Part shown: in pieces, positions 54,927 through 64,000 of the stretch
Numbering within the stretch: position 1 is the stretch's first letter
Layout of the letters: each line of letters begins with the position of its first letter
Origin: a virus
DNA length: 64,000 bases
IMG/VR virus record: IMGVR_UViG_3300021185_002167
Span: 32,001-96,000 of that record
Strand: one strand, 5' to 3'
Program-made: the position numbers and the translations under genes
Notes under the pieces: model-generated
Database searches by the model: none
Told to the model about the DNA's origin: nothing
The model's input: the letters and a program-made list of their open reading frames with translations, nothing else

Positions 54927-55832
54927 ATGTCATTAGACAATCTAAAGAGCATGCGAGGCTCATCAATCGATAAACTCGTAAAAGCAGCGGAAGCAGTATC
55001 AACAACAAAGACAGAATCTAACAGCTATGCTGACGATAGATTCTGGAAACCGACCAGAGATAAAGCAGGTAACGGTTATGCAGTAGTCAGATTCCTACCA
55101 GCCAAAGAAGGTGAAGATCTTCCTTGGGTAAGGTATTGGGACCACGGGTTTAAAGGACCAACTGGCTTATGGTATATCGAAAACTCTTTAACATCTATTG
55201 GACAACCAGATCCAGTGAGCGAATCAAATGGTTTACTTTGGAATTCAGGTCGTGATGAAGATAAAGCTCTCGCAAGAGAAAGGAAAAGAAGGTTACATTA
55301 CGTATCAAACGTATTAGTTATCTCTGATCCGGACAATCCACAAAATGAAGGAAAGGTATTTCTTTATAAGTTTGGTAAAAAAATCTTTGATAAGATTATG
55401 GATGTCATGCAACCTCAGTTCGCTGATGAAGAACCAGTAAATCCTTACGATTTCTGGGAAGGTGCAGACTTCAAAATTAAAATCAGAAAAGTAGAAGGGT
55501 GGGTCAACTATGACAAATCAGAATTCTCTTCAGCTTCTGCCCTACACGGTGGAGATGAAGCAAGACTTACTGAAGTGTATGACAAAATCTATTCTCTTGG
55601 TGATTTCTTATTACCAGAGAACTACAAAACTTATGATGAGTTAAGTATGAAGTTAAATAAAGTATTAGGTGTAACAGCCGGACATACTGCAGCGCCAGAA
55701 CCAATGTTGCAACAAACTTCAGCGCCAGCTCCGACTATGGAATCAGCCGATACGAGCTTTCCACCAGCGGACAATTCATCTGATGAAGATGATACACTTA
55801 GCTATTTTGCGAAACTTGCTAAAGAAAGTTAA
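54927..55832 (+). CDS. 32: Single-stranded DNA-binding protein gp32
   Basis: DDRFWKPT.DKAGNGYAVVRFLP, WYIENSLT, FGKKIFDKI, NYDKSEF and an acidic tail. Confidence 0.96.
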   Translation: MSLDNLKSMRGSSIDKLVKAAEAVSTTKTESNSYADDRFWKPTRDKAGNGYAVVRFLPAKEGEDLPWVRYWDHGFKGPTGLWYIENSLTSIGQPDPVSESNGLLWNSGRDEDKALARERKRRLHYVSNVLVISDPDNPQNEGKVFLYKFGKKIFDKIMDVMQPQFADEEPVNPYDFWEGADFKIKIRKVEGWVNYDKSEFSSASALHGGDEARLTEVYDKIYSLGDFLLPENYKTYDELSMKLNKVLGVTAGHTAAPEPMLQQTSAPAPTMESADTSFPPADNSSDEDDTLSYFAKLAKES

Positions 55833-55848
55833 TTTTAATTAATTTTGG

Positions 55849-55874
55849 AAAGGACTCGAAAGGGTCCTTTTTTT
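55849..55874. terminator. Probably bidirectional terminator between convergent genes
   Basis: AAAGGACTC-GAAA-GGGTCCTTT followed by further Ts. Confidence 0.85.
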
Positions 55875-57675
55875 ATGTGTATGTATTTGCCAACATACCA
55901 CCAACAGCATCTACTGCTTGATTAGCAGCGTTTGATATTACTGTTACTGTATCACCAGCTTTTTGTTGTATGTTATATAATGCAGTATCACGTCTTGCAG
56001 CTTCCTGATCAGTCATTCTTGGTCCTGAGAATACTTGATCTTTTAATGCTTTACCTTCTCTAGATTTTGCATCAATAAGCATTCCTTTTTTATCCATACC
56101 GTCAGCTTTTGCTTTAAGACCATCTAAAGCAGTATCTCCAGCAGTAAAGACTTTATCAAATCCTTCTTTAAATCCTTCCATTGGTGTTTTACCACCTGGT
56201 AATGATGCAGCTATAGCTCCTAATCCGCCGGCAGCAACTGCTTGAGGAAATGTTGCGATCTTTTTAAATATTTTTAATAGACTAATAGTAATATTTTTTA
56301 TAATACCACCAAATCCTATATCACTAATAGTATCTCTCATACGTGCAAAGAAGTTTATAATAGTATCAGTGACTGCATCAAAGGCATCACCTACTATTTT
56401 TGTAAATGAAAATGATGCTAAAAACTCTGCAGCTTTTTCAAATCCAAAGAATCCTAATATTTTACCTGTTATAAATCTAATACCATCCAAGAGAAATATT
56501 GGGCCCATGAGTAACATTTGTTTAAAGCCACCCATAATACCTGCAAAAACTTTAGTTAAGAAACTCCCATCTTCATATTGTTTAAATCCTTTAAAGAATC
56601 CAACTATAAAGTTAAATATACCAAAGAATCTACCAAGAACTCGACCTATACCTTTAAACGCGTTACCTACTCTAGATAAGAATCCAAACACCGTTTGTAT
56701 TGGCTTTAAAGCTTTAAAGAAATTTACTATTGACGATCCAAGACTGTTAACAACTTTACTTGATGTTCCTAAAGCTTTACCAGCTTTATCAACTGATTTA
56801 ATAACAACACTTGCTTGACCAGTAAATAAATTTATAAGTCCATTTAATGGTTTAAACAATGTATTAAGAGCTCTTGAAATACCTTTCATTAATTTAGAAT
56901 CTACTGGAAAACTAAACTTAAGCTTAGTTAATGATTCTAATGCTCTAAACCTTCCAGCAAGAAAACCAGTAGTTGCTGCAGCTACTTTAGTAACGTTACC
57001 AAGTATAGTAGTCATAATTCTGAATGAATCCATAAATACAAGCTTTAACTGCTTCACCGATCTCGCTAAGAATCCAGGGGGTTTATTACCCTTTGACTTA
57101 AATATACCAGTAAAAGCTTTGAATCCATTAGTAACAGTAGTTTGAATGCTTACTCTTAAACCTTTAAAGAATCCTTGCATGCCTAATAACTTTCCAATTT
57201 TAGTACCAATTGCTGATAAACCTTTCCCTATAAGTTTAAATGGTTCTAAGAATGCTGATGCAAAGAATCCGATAAGAAGACCACGTACCGCTGTATTAAT
57301 TATAATACCTGCTATAGTACCACGGCCTTTATCGCCAAATTCTTCTTTAAGTTGTTCATAACTAAAAGATGTATATTTTGCAATAGTTTCTAATAGGTCA
57401 TTACGTTCATTATCACGTTTAGCTTCTATTCTTCCTCTGAGTAACTGTTCTTTTTCAGCTTCTAATTCATCTAATTTGCCTGATTTTAATACTTCTATAA
57501 GGTCTTCTATAGCGTATAATTGACTCGTGTCTAAGTTGCGACCTTCCGTTCTCATATAATCATTAAGCTCTTGCGTATAATACGCTGATTCTTGAGCCAT
57601 TGCTGTAGCGTCGTTTAATTCTTGTAGTTGTTCTACTACGTCGCCAAGTGATTTTTGATTAGGTTGATCTGCCAT
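55873..57675 (-). CDS. Putative tape measure / gp29-like baseplate hub protein
   Basis: 600 aa of amphipathic G/F/K-rich helices with hydrophobic segments; downstream of gp26/gp51. Confidence 0.65.
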   Translation of the reverse strand: MADQPNQKSLGDVVEQLQELNDATAMAQESAYYTQELNDYMRTEGRNLDTSQLYAIEDLIEVLKSGKLDELEAEKEQLLRGRIEAKRDNERNDLLETIAKYTSFSYEQLKEEFGDKGRGTIAGIIINTAVRGLLIGFFASAFLEPFKLIGKGLSAIGTKIGKLLGMQGFFKGLRVSIQTTVTNGFKAFTGIFKSKGNKPPGFLARSVKQLKLVFMDSFRIMTTILGNVTKVAAATTGFLAGRFRALESLTKLKFSFPVDSKLMKGISRALNTLFKPLNGLINLFTGQASVVIKSVDKAGKALGTSSKVVNSLGSSIVNFFKALKPIQTVFGFLSRVGNAFKGIGRVLGRFFGIFNFIVGFFKGFKQYEDGSFLTKVFAGIMGGFKQMLLMGPIFLLDGIRFITGKILGFFGFEKAAEFLASFSFTKIVGDAFDAVTDTIINFFARMRDTISDIGFGGIIKNITISLLKIFKKIATFPQAVAAGGLGAIAASLPGGKTPMEGFKEGFDKVFTAGDTALDGLKAKADGMDKKGMLIDAKSREGKALKDQVFSGPRMTDQEAARRDTALYNIQQKAGDTVTVISNAANQAVDAVGGMLANTYT

Positions 57676-57679
57676 TTAT

Positions 57680-58057
57680 CTATTTCCCGAATGCTTTGCC
57701 AGCTTCTGATATACCAAATGCACCAAGTGTTACTACAACAAATGATGTATATATTGTTTCTGAAACTTTTAAATCCATGTCCCATACAAGTGCTGTGACT
57801 AAGTCAGTCATACCAAACACTACCATTAGGAAGAATGAAATAAATCCTATGATTGCTTTTTCATTCAAGTCGTTATCGTCAATAAACAAGTCCATAAATT
57901 TTCTTTTACGAGGACCAAGCTGTTCTTTTGCAAGCCGAGCTTCTTCTTTCATTTCTTTGATTGCGTCTTCTTGTTCATCAAGCTTCTCAATCATAGCCAT
58001 GTACTTATCTAAATCAATTTCTACTTCATTTCTGCTGTTATCTTGATTATCAGCCAT
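57680..58057 (-). CDS. Coiled-coil plus two-TM membrane protein
   Basis: AAGGAG SD; DDNDLNEKAIIGFISF and VTLGAFGI. Confidence 0.7.
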   Translation of the reverse strand: MADNQDNSRNEVEIDLDKYMAMIEKLDEQEDAIKEMKEEARLAKEQLGPRKRKFMDLFIDDNDLNEKAIIGFISFFLMVVFGMTDLVTALVWDMDLKVSETIYTSFVVVTLGAFGISEAGKAFGK

Positions 58058-58059
58058 TA

Positions 58060-58254
58060 TTATCTCCTTTGTTCGTTTTTTAAACGTTCATTTTCTTCTT
58101 CTATCCAATCCGTTAATAAAGAAACGTATATCTCCCTTTCCCACGGTACCATATTATCAAGTTCAGTTAAACTGTAATGGTGGTGCTGCATCATAGCGAA
58201 GTTGGTCTTATAATGGTTAACAAGACTATCGTGCGAAAGGCCTACGTAAAAAAA
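58060..58254 (-). CDS. gp51-like baseplate/tail assembly ORF, likely reached by -1 frameshift from gp26 (not in ORF track)
   Basis: LSHDSLVNHYKTNFAMMQHHHYSLTELDNMVPWEREIYV; first ATG is internal (58194) and lacks an SD. Confidence 0.7.
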   Translation of the reverse strand, partial: FFYVGLSHDSLVNHYKTNFAMMQHHHYSLTELDNMVPWEREIYVSLLTDWIEEENERLKNEQRR

Positions 58255-58949
58255 CTTTGAAGACCTTTTAACTCCTGGCTATTCGCCTTACCACATGATG
58301 TACAATTAAATTCAATCAAACTTGATAGAGCGGGCATTGACCCAAAGAATTCAGATAAATTTTGAAATTGTTCTGAATTTAATGATTCAACAAAATTCGT
58401 TAATTCCTTTGTTGTCTCGCTCTTAGCATCATATACATTATCTTCATCAAAGATACTATCGATACAAGCTACTAACATTGACATAGCCGCATCCATTTCA
58501 TTATCTCCAAGATTTGATAAACTATCAATATCTTTTACAGAAGGATATTTTAAAACTACGCCAACAGTATCTGTTAACATCATTTGTTTATTATCATCTG
58601 TAACGACTGGTGCTTCTATTGCATCGAAGTCTATTTGTACTTCGTTACCATGTTGGCACTCTTCGCATTTTATATTTAAATCAATCTTTTCACCAACTGA
58701 TTTAGATCTTAATGCTAAAAATAAAGTTTCAATGTCAAACATTGCTAAACTTTCAACATCAATATCATCAAATACACAAGCTTTAATAATATCTATTGTT
58801 GTCTGCATGATAACCTTGCTATCATTTGACTCCATAGCCATCATCAAAAGCTTTTCTTCTTTTACTAAGTACGGTCTATAACTGATTTCTTGTCCAGTTG
58901 ACGGTACTTCTACCTTATACCTTGCGGTATTTAGCTCTGGTAAAGCCAT
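58242..58949 (-). CDS. 26: Baseplate hub assembly protein gp26-like
   Basis: MALP, YRPYLVKEEK, LRSKSVGE, two CxxC motifs and LKGLQSFF. Confidence 0.88.
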   Translation of the reverse strand: MALPELNTARYKVEVPSTGQEISYRPYLVKEEKLLMMAMESNDSKVIMQTTIDIIKACVFDDIDVESLAMFDIETLFLALRSKSVGEKIDLNIKCEECQHGNEVQIDFDAIEAPVVTDDNKQMMLTDTVGVVLKYPSVKDIDSLSNLGDNEMDAAMSMLVACIDSIFDEDNVYDAKSETTKELTNFVESLNSEQFQNLSEFFGSMPALSSLIEFNCTSCGKANSQELKGLQSFFT

Positions 58950-58967
58950 AATAATTCTCCTATTATA

Positions 58968-59606
58968 TTATCCAAAAATTGATAACGCATTTCTTATTGC
59001 GCTACCGGTACTACTTAATGCGCCTTCTGGCACGTACCTATCATAACTAAAGCTCACATTTAACTTTTGAATAGTATCTGACGATTCGTTCGAAAGTACT
59101 AATTCATTTATAGTTGTAGGAAATGCTCCCTCAAGTTTCACACCATATATCGGCGTGTTTTTCTCATCCAATTGCTGTATAATAACATCACATGTAATGT
59201 CTTTCTTATAAGCAACTGTATAAGTTTCCATGTTTATTATACTATTTATCCAAGTATCAAATACTGTTTTCATATAATAATCATTTGTTAATAAAAAACT
59301 TAAAGATATATCATCGTGGATATATCCATAAGGTATCTTTATTGATTGTTTTTCAGCCTGGTAATCCAGTGTACTGATTTGTTTGCCTGGTATAGATACT
59401 GCATCACAAAGTAAATTAATATCTCTTGGGTCATTAATTAAATTCCTTGCAGTAAAATTACCTGAGATAACAGAACTTATAACCTGTTGTCCATCTAAAT
59501 TAAAAAGAGTCTGAACAGGTGGTGTAAATATAACTCTAAATCGATTTGCTTTTGCTAAGCCACCTTTTTTACTGATTAATGCTTTTAAATCTTCTATATT
59601 ACTCAT
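58968..59606 (-). CDS. Tail-tube-fold baseplate protein (gp54/gp19-like)
   Basis: GGLAKANRFRV, CDAVSIPG, IPYG, QQLD and AFPTT. Confidence 0.7.
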   Translation of the reverse strand: MSNIEDLKALISKKGGLAKANRFRVIFTPPVQTLFNLDGQQVISSVISGNFTARNLINDPRDINLLCDAVSIPGKQISTLDYQAEKQSIKIPYGYIHDDISLSFLLTNDYYMKTVFDTWINSIINMETYTVAYKKDITCDVIIQQLDEKNTPIYGVKLEGAFPTTINELVLSNESSDTIQKLNVSFSYDRYVPEGALSSTGSAIRNALSIFG

Positions 59607-60193
59607 GGCTGTCTCGCTATTTTAAGGCTCTCATTCCAAACACTTCCTTTACTCTTCTTCTTAAATTGTTCTACTGGTAAGAATATAGCTATTTCCCAGT
59701 CAGTCATTGGCACTCTACTAAATTGAGATACTACATGTTTGCCTAAGTAATGTTTAAAACATGGTTTGAATTCTTTATATTTACGTACACTACTTATTAA
59801 ATTGTATCTCAGTTTTGTTAACCTTGAACTTTCTTTTGGTTGAGCTGGTCCAAATTCCATTAGGTTATCTAAGAATGCTGCTCTTGTATTGTAATTAAGA
59901 TAATGTAGATTTAATCCATAGAATCCACCAGGTGCACCATCAACCATTATTGTTAAAGGAAACCTATCATAGTATGGTAAAGTTTCTTTATGCTTAGGGT
60001 CATAAAAATACATGTACATATTGCCACGTATATTTTGAGCTGTTTTATCAAGTGCCTTATCTTTTAATATAGAAGTTGGTGATACTTGTAGGTTAGTTAC
60101 GTTTCTTTTAAACCATGCTTGTGATTCTTTCGTACGTGTACGTATACCAGCTCTAAAAGCATTTGCCTGTAATGTATCAAATAAACTTGCCAT
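59603..60193 (-). CDS. 2: DNA end protector gp2
   Basis: YFYDPKHKETLPYYDRFPL, GLNLHYL and CFKHYL; late promoter at 60200-60207 on the minus strand. Confidence 0.9.
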   Translation of the reverse strand: MASLFDTLQANAFRAGIRTRTKESQAWFKRNVTNLQVSPTSILKDKALDKTAQNIRGNMYMYFYDPKHKETLPYYDRFPLTIMVDGAPGGFYGLNLHYLNYNTRAAFLDNLMEFGPAQPKESSRLTKLRYNLISSVRKYKEFKPCFKHYLGKHVVSQFSRVPMTDWEIAIFLPVEQFKKKSKGSVWNESLKIARQP

Positions 60194-60212
60194 ATAAACT
60201 ATTTATAAAGAA

Positions 60213-60653
60213 CTACAGTATCTTTATCCCTAAATTTTTTAAAGTTTCTTCTGTCCATACTTGAAACTTCCAACCTTTATGTTCAGCAAACTCTTGAGCT
60301 GCTTCCCATTTAGATATATTCTTTGCGTATGTAGTAACTTCGTTTATATATTTTTTAGTCTTACGAGTACGTGTTTTAGGTGGAGTTGTTTGATTCTTAG
60401 GTTTAATCTCAATAAGATAAGTTTTTTTATCTTCCATTTGTATTAATAAGTCAACAAAATAACGATGTAACTTGTTATCTGTCTTACATTTATAAGGTAC
60501 AACTACCTCTTCAGAATTCCACATCTTGACTTTCGGATTGTTTTCGCACCATTTAAACGCTTGTCTTTCCCATAAGGATCGATATACTACCTTACTTGCA
60601 TTGCCAGCGTACTTTTCTGGTCGCTTTATTTTGTATTTGCCTTGATAACTCAT
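60213..60653 (-). CDS. 4: Head completion nuclease gp4
   Basis: PEKYAG..VVYRSLWE, WNSEE, HRYFVD, EIKP and KWEAA. Confidence 0.92.
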   Translation of the reverse strand: MSYQGKYKIKRPEKYAGNASKVVYRSLWERQAFKWCENNPKVKMWNSEEVVVPYKCKTDNKLHRYFVDLLIQMEDKKTYLIEIKPKNQTTPPKTRTRKTKKYINEVTTYAKNISKWEAAQEFAEHKGWKFQVWTEETLKNLGIKIL

Positions 60654-60685
60654 ATAAATAACTCTATAGTTTAATTATATTTATA
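60653..60685. promoter_or_regulatory. Opposed pair of late promoters between gp4 and gp48
   Basis: TATAAATA at 60653-60660 (+) and TATTTATA at 60678-60685 (-). Confidence 0.8.
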
Positions 60686-60697
60686 TAGGAAAAAACA

Positions 60698-61660
60698 ATG
60701 GCTCAAGATTCAGGCGATTTTCACAATCAGTTATATCACAATCCATCACGAAACGCACCACCTTTTAAATCAGGAGATCCAAAGGTACCTGATAAAAGTT
60801 TAATAACAGCTGCAAGTGAGCTTACTGATAATTTAGTAAATGCTGCAACTGGTGAAAGAGTTGATTTATCAAAAAACCAATATCATTATTTTCCAGATTC
60901 TATCAGAGATGGTGCTAATCAAGGATATCCCTTTATGCAATTTATGATTAAACAAACTAAAGGTAAAGGTTTGGTTAATATATTCTTACCATTTCCTCCA
61001 GGAGTAGCAGTATCTGATGGAGCTAATTACGGTAATTTTGATATGGGTACACTTTCAGGAGGTTTAGATTTTGCTAAACAACTTGCTCAAGGTAATAATA
61101 CATCAACAAATCAAGACGCATTAGCTCTTGCATTGATTTCTAAAGAAAAATTAAGCGGACGTAGTACTGGTTTAAATGTAAGAAGTAAAGGAGCGCTTAA
61201 AGCTGGGGTTGCTACTAATCCATATACAAGACAAACATTTGAAAATGTAAATATAAGAAGTTTTAGTTTTACATTTAAACTTGTAGCTGAATCAGCATCT
61301 GAATCAAAAATGGCAAAAAACATAGAAAGAACATTTAGAAAATTCTTATATCCTAAGAGAGCTGGAGCGGTTGCATTAACATATCCACCATTAGTTGATA
61401 TAAAATTCTGGGCTGAAGGCCGTGAAAATGATTATATGCCAAAAATTAAACCATGTTATCTTACATCTTTAGAATCTACTTTTAATGAATCAACAAATAA
61501 TGTTCATGCATCAACAGGGGCTCCTCTGGAAGTATCGCTTTCACTCTCATTCCAAGAAGAAAGATCTTTAATAAGACAAGATTTATATGAAAATGATGAC
61601 ACTATAATAGAAAGAGATGGATTTCATAACGATCCAGTTCCATCAGGAGAAAAAAAATAA
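60698..61660 (+). CDS. 48: Baseplate tail-tube cap gp48-like
   Basis: NPYTRQTFENVNIRSFSFTFKL, YPP, PCYLTS and LSFQE. Confidence 0.8.
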   Translation: MAQDSGDFHNQLYHNPSRNAPPFKSGDPKVPDKSLITAASELTDNLVNAATGERVDLSKNQYHYFPDSIRDGANQGYPFMQFMIKQTKGKGLVNIFLPFPPGVAVSDGANYGNFDMGTLSGGLDFAKQLAQGNNTSTNQDALALALISKEKLSGRSTGLNVRSKGALKAGVATNPYTRQTFENVNIRSFSFTFKLVAESASESKMAKNIERTFRKFLYPKRAGAVALTYPPLVDIKFWAEGRENDYMPKIKPCYLTSLESTFNESTNNVHASTGAPLEVSLSLSFQEERSLIRQDLYENDDTIIERDGFHNDPVPSGEKK

Positions 61661-62473
61661 ATGAGTTTTTTTAATAAATTTCCAAAGATAGAATACGACT
61701 TTAATCGTACAGGTATTAAACAAAATATGGTTGACTTATTTAGAAGTGTAAGACCATTACCTACGTTTATTGATAATTATTCTGCATATAAGTTTTATGA
61801 TATTAAAAACGGAGAAAGACCTGATATTATTTCTGGTAGATTATATGGTACATCACAGTACTATTGGACATTCTTTGTTATTAATGATTTTTTACATGAT
61901 GGTTATCGTTCATGGCCAATGAGCCAAGAAGACTTGTATGATTACATTGAAAAACAATATTCAGGATATGTAATAGAAACAAGTCCAAGTATTGTACGTG
62001 ATAGTGATGGTCTTATTACTGACCATAGGAATAGTTTAGCAGGCAGATTTAAATTAGGCGAAACATTAACGGGTGCTACAAGTGGAGCAAGTGGTACATT
62101 AACTAAAAAAATAACTGATTTAAGTCAATTAATAGTACAAAATACAACAGGTGCCTTTATAGGAGATCAAACCGGTTCAACAAATACAACTGAACAGATA
62201 ACAGGTTCAACATCTGAAGATTCAGTTGCTACATATAGAGTGTTTAAATATATTGACGCTCCACATTATTTTTATAAAAATGGAGATGTAAATAAGAAAC
62301 CAGTAACAAACGATATTCATATTGAGGGTGGAATACCTAATCATCAGTTATTATATGTTACTAATAGAGAACAAGAGATTATGAAAAATGATAGCAGATC
62401 TCAAATAAGATATGTAGACCCTGCATATATAAATGAGTTTGTTACTAAGTTTGAAGAAATAATTAATGAGTAA
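61661..62473 (+). CDS. 53: Baseplate wedge gp53-like
   Basis: FFNKFPKIEY, GERPDIIS.RLYG..YYWTFFVIN and WPMS. Confidence 0.85.
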   Translation: MSFFNKFPKIEYDFNRTGIKQNMVDLFRSVRPLPTFIDNYSAYKFYDIKNGERPDIISGRLYGTSQYYWTFFVINDFLHDGYRSWPMSQEDLYDYIEKQYSGYVIETSPSIVRDSDGLITDHRNSLAGRFKLGETLTGATSGASGTLTKKITDLSQLIVQNTTGAFIGDQTGSTNTTEQITGSTSEDSVATYRVFKYIDAPHYFYKNGDVNKKPVTNDIHIEGGIPNHQLLYVTNREQEIMKNDSRSQIRYVDPAYINEFVTKFEEIINE

Positions 62474-63851
62474 TAGTAATTTAACATCAGGAGCAGTCAC
62501 AGCAACGCCTAAAGGTTATGGACTTGAAGTATGTACAATAACATCTAATACAGGTTTACCTATTGATATTACTGAACTTGTTCAAGATATAAAAATTACT
62601 GAAAGTTTATATCAGTCAGGTATGACAGTTGATATATTTGTTTATGACGCTTTAAATTTAATTGAAGAATTAAGAATTGCGGGTAATGAATATGTTGAAA
62701 TAATCTTATCAAGAGCTGAGCCAACTTCAAAAGATAAATACGAAATTAAAAAGTTTGAACTTAAATTAAGAGTAGCTGAATTAAAAAATTACTCAACACC
62801 ACAACCATCTACAAAAGCTTATACATTACAGTGTGTATCAAAGCATGTTTATTTAAATAACTATAGACTTTTAAAAAGAAGCTTTAGTAATACAGCATCT
62901 AGTTTAATAAAAAGTATAGTATCTAAAGAACTACAATCAACTATTGATATAAAAACAAAATCAAACGGTATTATAAAAGGTATATATCCAAGAATACAAC
63001 CGTTACAAGCAATATCTTGGCTCTTACGAAACTCTTATGATGCTGGTACTCCATTTTATTTTTATGAAACGCCAGCTGATGGTCTTATATTTACATCTTA
63101 TAATAAAATATTAGAAAACAAAGATAACGTATATGCTACTTATAATAACTACCCTATGTTTAATGAAAGCTTTAAAGGTGGCGCAGAATCTTTATATAAT
63201 GTTTTTAATGAAGAGAAATCTAAAATAACTAAAATGAACTCTCATTTAAATATGTCTAAACTTAAAGCTGCATATAATGGAGCATTTGGCTCTGTTCTTA
63301 ATAAAATAGATATTAGTACTAAAAAAGTAACTCCAGTACCTTTTAATTATAATAAAACTAAAATGATGATGTTAAACGAGCACTCGCCTATAAGTGGTAA
63401 TATTAAAATAGGTGAAGTTAATATGACAGATTTTAAAGATACTAAACAACATTATGTTTCAATTAATACACATTCTCACGATGAATTTCGCGATAGTCTA
63501 CTAAATGATTCAGGTTTTTATACAATAATTAAAGGAAACTATCATAAAGTAACTGACACTAATGCATTAGGTAAATCACAAGCTCATCATCATAATTTAG
63601 ATACAATTAAACAAGAGATTGTAATACCAGGTGACTTTAGTCTTTCATGTGGTAAGATTGTAAATTTAAATATTATAAAAAATGCTGATATTACAATTGA
63701 ACAAGAAGAAAATAGTGAATTTATAGATACGATACTTTCTGGTAAACATTTAGTTACTCAAATCGTTCATCACTTTGGTAAAGACGGTTATATGATGAAT
63801 GTAGTATTAAAGAAAGATTCATTTATATCACCACTAGAAAAAGGATTATAA
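62466..63851 (+). CDS. Putative baseplate hub protein (gp27-like)
   Basis: Lies between gp53 and gp5; ITESLY, PFYFYET, IPGDFSLSCG and LSGKHLVTQIVH. Confidence 0.6.
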   Translation: MSNSNLTSGAVTATPKGYGLEVCTITSNTGLPIDITELVQDIKITESLYQSGMTVDIFVYDALNLIEELRIAGNEYVEIILSRAEPTSKDKYEIKKFELKLRVAELKNYSTPQPSTKAYTLQCVSKHVYLNNYRLLKRSFSNTASSLIKSIVSKELQSTIDIKTKSNGIIKGIYPRIQPLQAISWLLRNSYDAGTPFYFYETPADGLIFTSYNKILENKDNVYATYNNYPMFNESFKGGAESLYNVFNEEKSKITKMNSHLNMSKLKAAYNGAFGSVLNKIDISTKKVTPVPFNYNKTKMMMLNEHSPISGNIKIGEVNMTDFKDTKQHYVSINTHSHDEFRDSLLNDSGFYTIIKGNYHKVTDTNALGKSQAHHHNLDTIKQEIVIPGDFSLSCGKIVNLNIIKNADITIEQEENSEFIDTILSGKHLVTQIVHHFGKDGYMMNVVLKKDSFISPLEKGL

Positions 63852-63852
63852 T

Positions 63853-64000
63853 ATGATAGGAAGAATGGCAGATCAATATAAAAACGGAGCCTTTGTATGG
63901 TATACTGGCGTGGTAGAAGATATTGATGATAAAGAACAGTTAAATAGAGTTAAAGTAAGATGTTTTGGTTTTTATGATGAGGATGCAGTAAGTGTAGAAG
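63853..64000 (+). CDS. 5: gp5 baseplate hub/needle, N-terminal OB domain (truncated by window edge)
   Basis: FVWYTGVVEDIDD..LNRVKVRCFGFY. Confidence 0.85.
   Translation, partial: MIGRMADQYKNGAFVWYTGVVEDIDDKEQLNRVKVRCFGFYDEDAVSVE

Noticed and set aside
58242-58262. gp26 C-terminus LQSFFT as another clamp-binding tail
   Set aside because: gp26 is a morphogenesis protein, and the FF is better explained by the slippery U-run.
59-61323. Numerous 60-150 aa antisense or alternate-frame ORFs in the track (e.g. 1707-2093, 4861-5268, 18733-19050, 56369-56818, 57696-58046)
   Set aside because: They lie inside well-supported genes, lack SDs and motifs, and have the composition expected of shadow frames.
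1-64000. CRISPR arrays, tRNA genes, introns/inteins, IS elements
   Set aside because: By eye I saw no regularly spaced repeats, cloverleafs or interruptions in gp43, nrdA, nrdB or gp41. tRNAscan and Infernal were not run.

Overview
AT-rich segment of a T4-like myophage genome, probably marine and infecting a Gram-negative host (it encodes spanins, CsgG and a cytochrome c). All product calls come from motif recognition; no searches were run. From left to right: (1) gp43 polymerase, an AEP-like primase and a putative pyrimidine-hypermodification cluster: dCMP hydroxymethylase, dCMP deaminase, a divergent inositol-1-phosphate synthase, a HAD phosphatase, an aGPT-Pplase-like DNA transferase, an SGNH-like protein and a C5-methyltransferase-fold protein with a degenerate SAM motif. 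The last three end in a polymerase-like LxxF(F/M) tail. (2) bS21, uvsX and gp41. (3) An ~11 kb late block of proteins with T4 internal-protein-like capsid-targeting N-termini. (4) Spanins, nrdAB, cytochrome c, glutaredoxin, RNase H, PhoH and lysozyme. (5) A CsgF/CsgG/curlin-like/FecR/CHASE2-adenylate cyclase module with an overprinted gene. (6) Early genes behind repeated sigma70-like promoters. (7) gp33, dsbA, gp59, gp32 and the baseplate/tail genes. Notable non-coding signals are a hairpin whose loop is complementary to early-gene ribosome-binding sites, several leaderless starts, and a likely -1 frameshift fusing gp26 to a gp51-like ORF.
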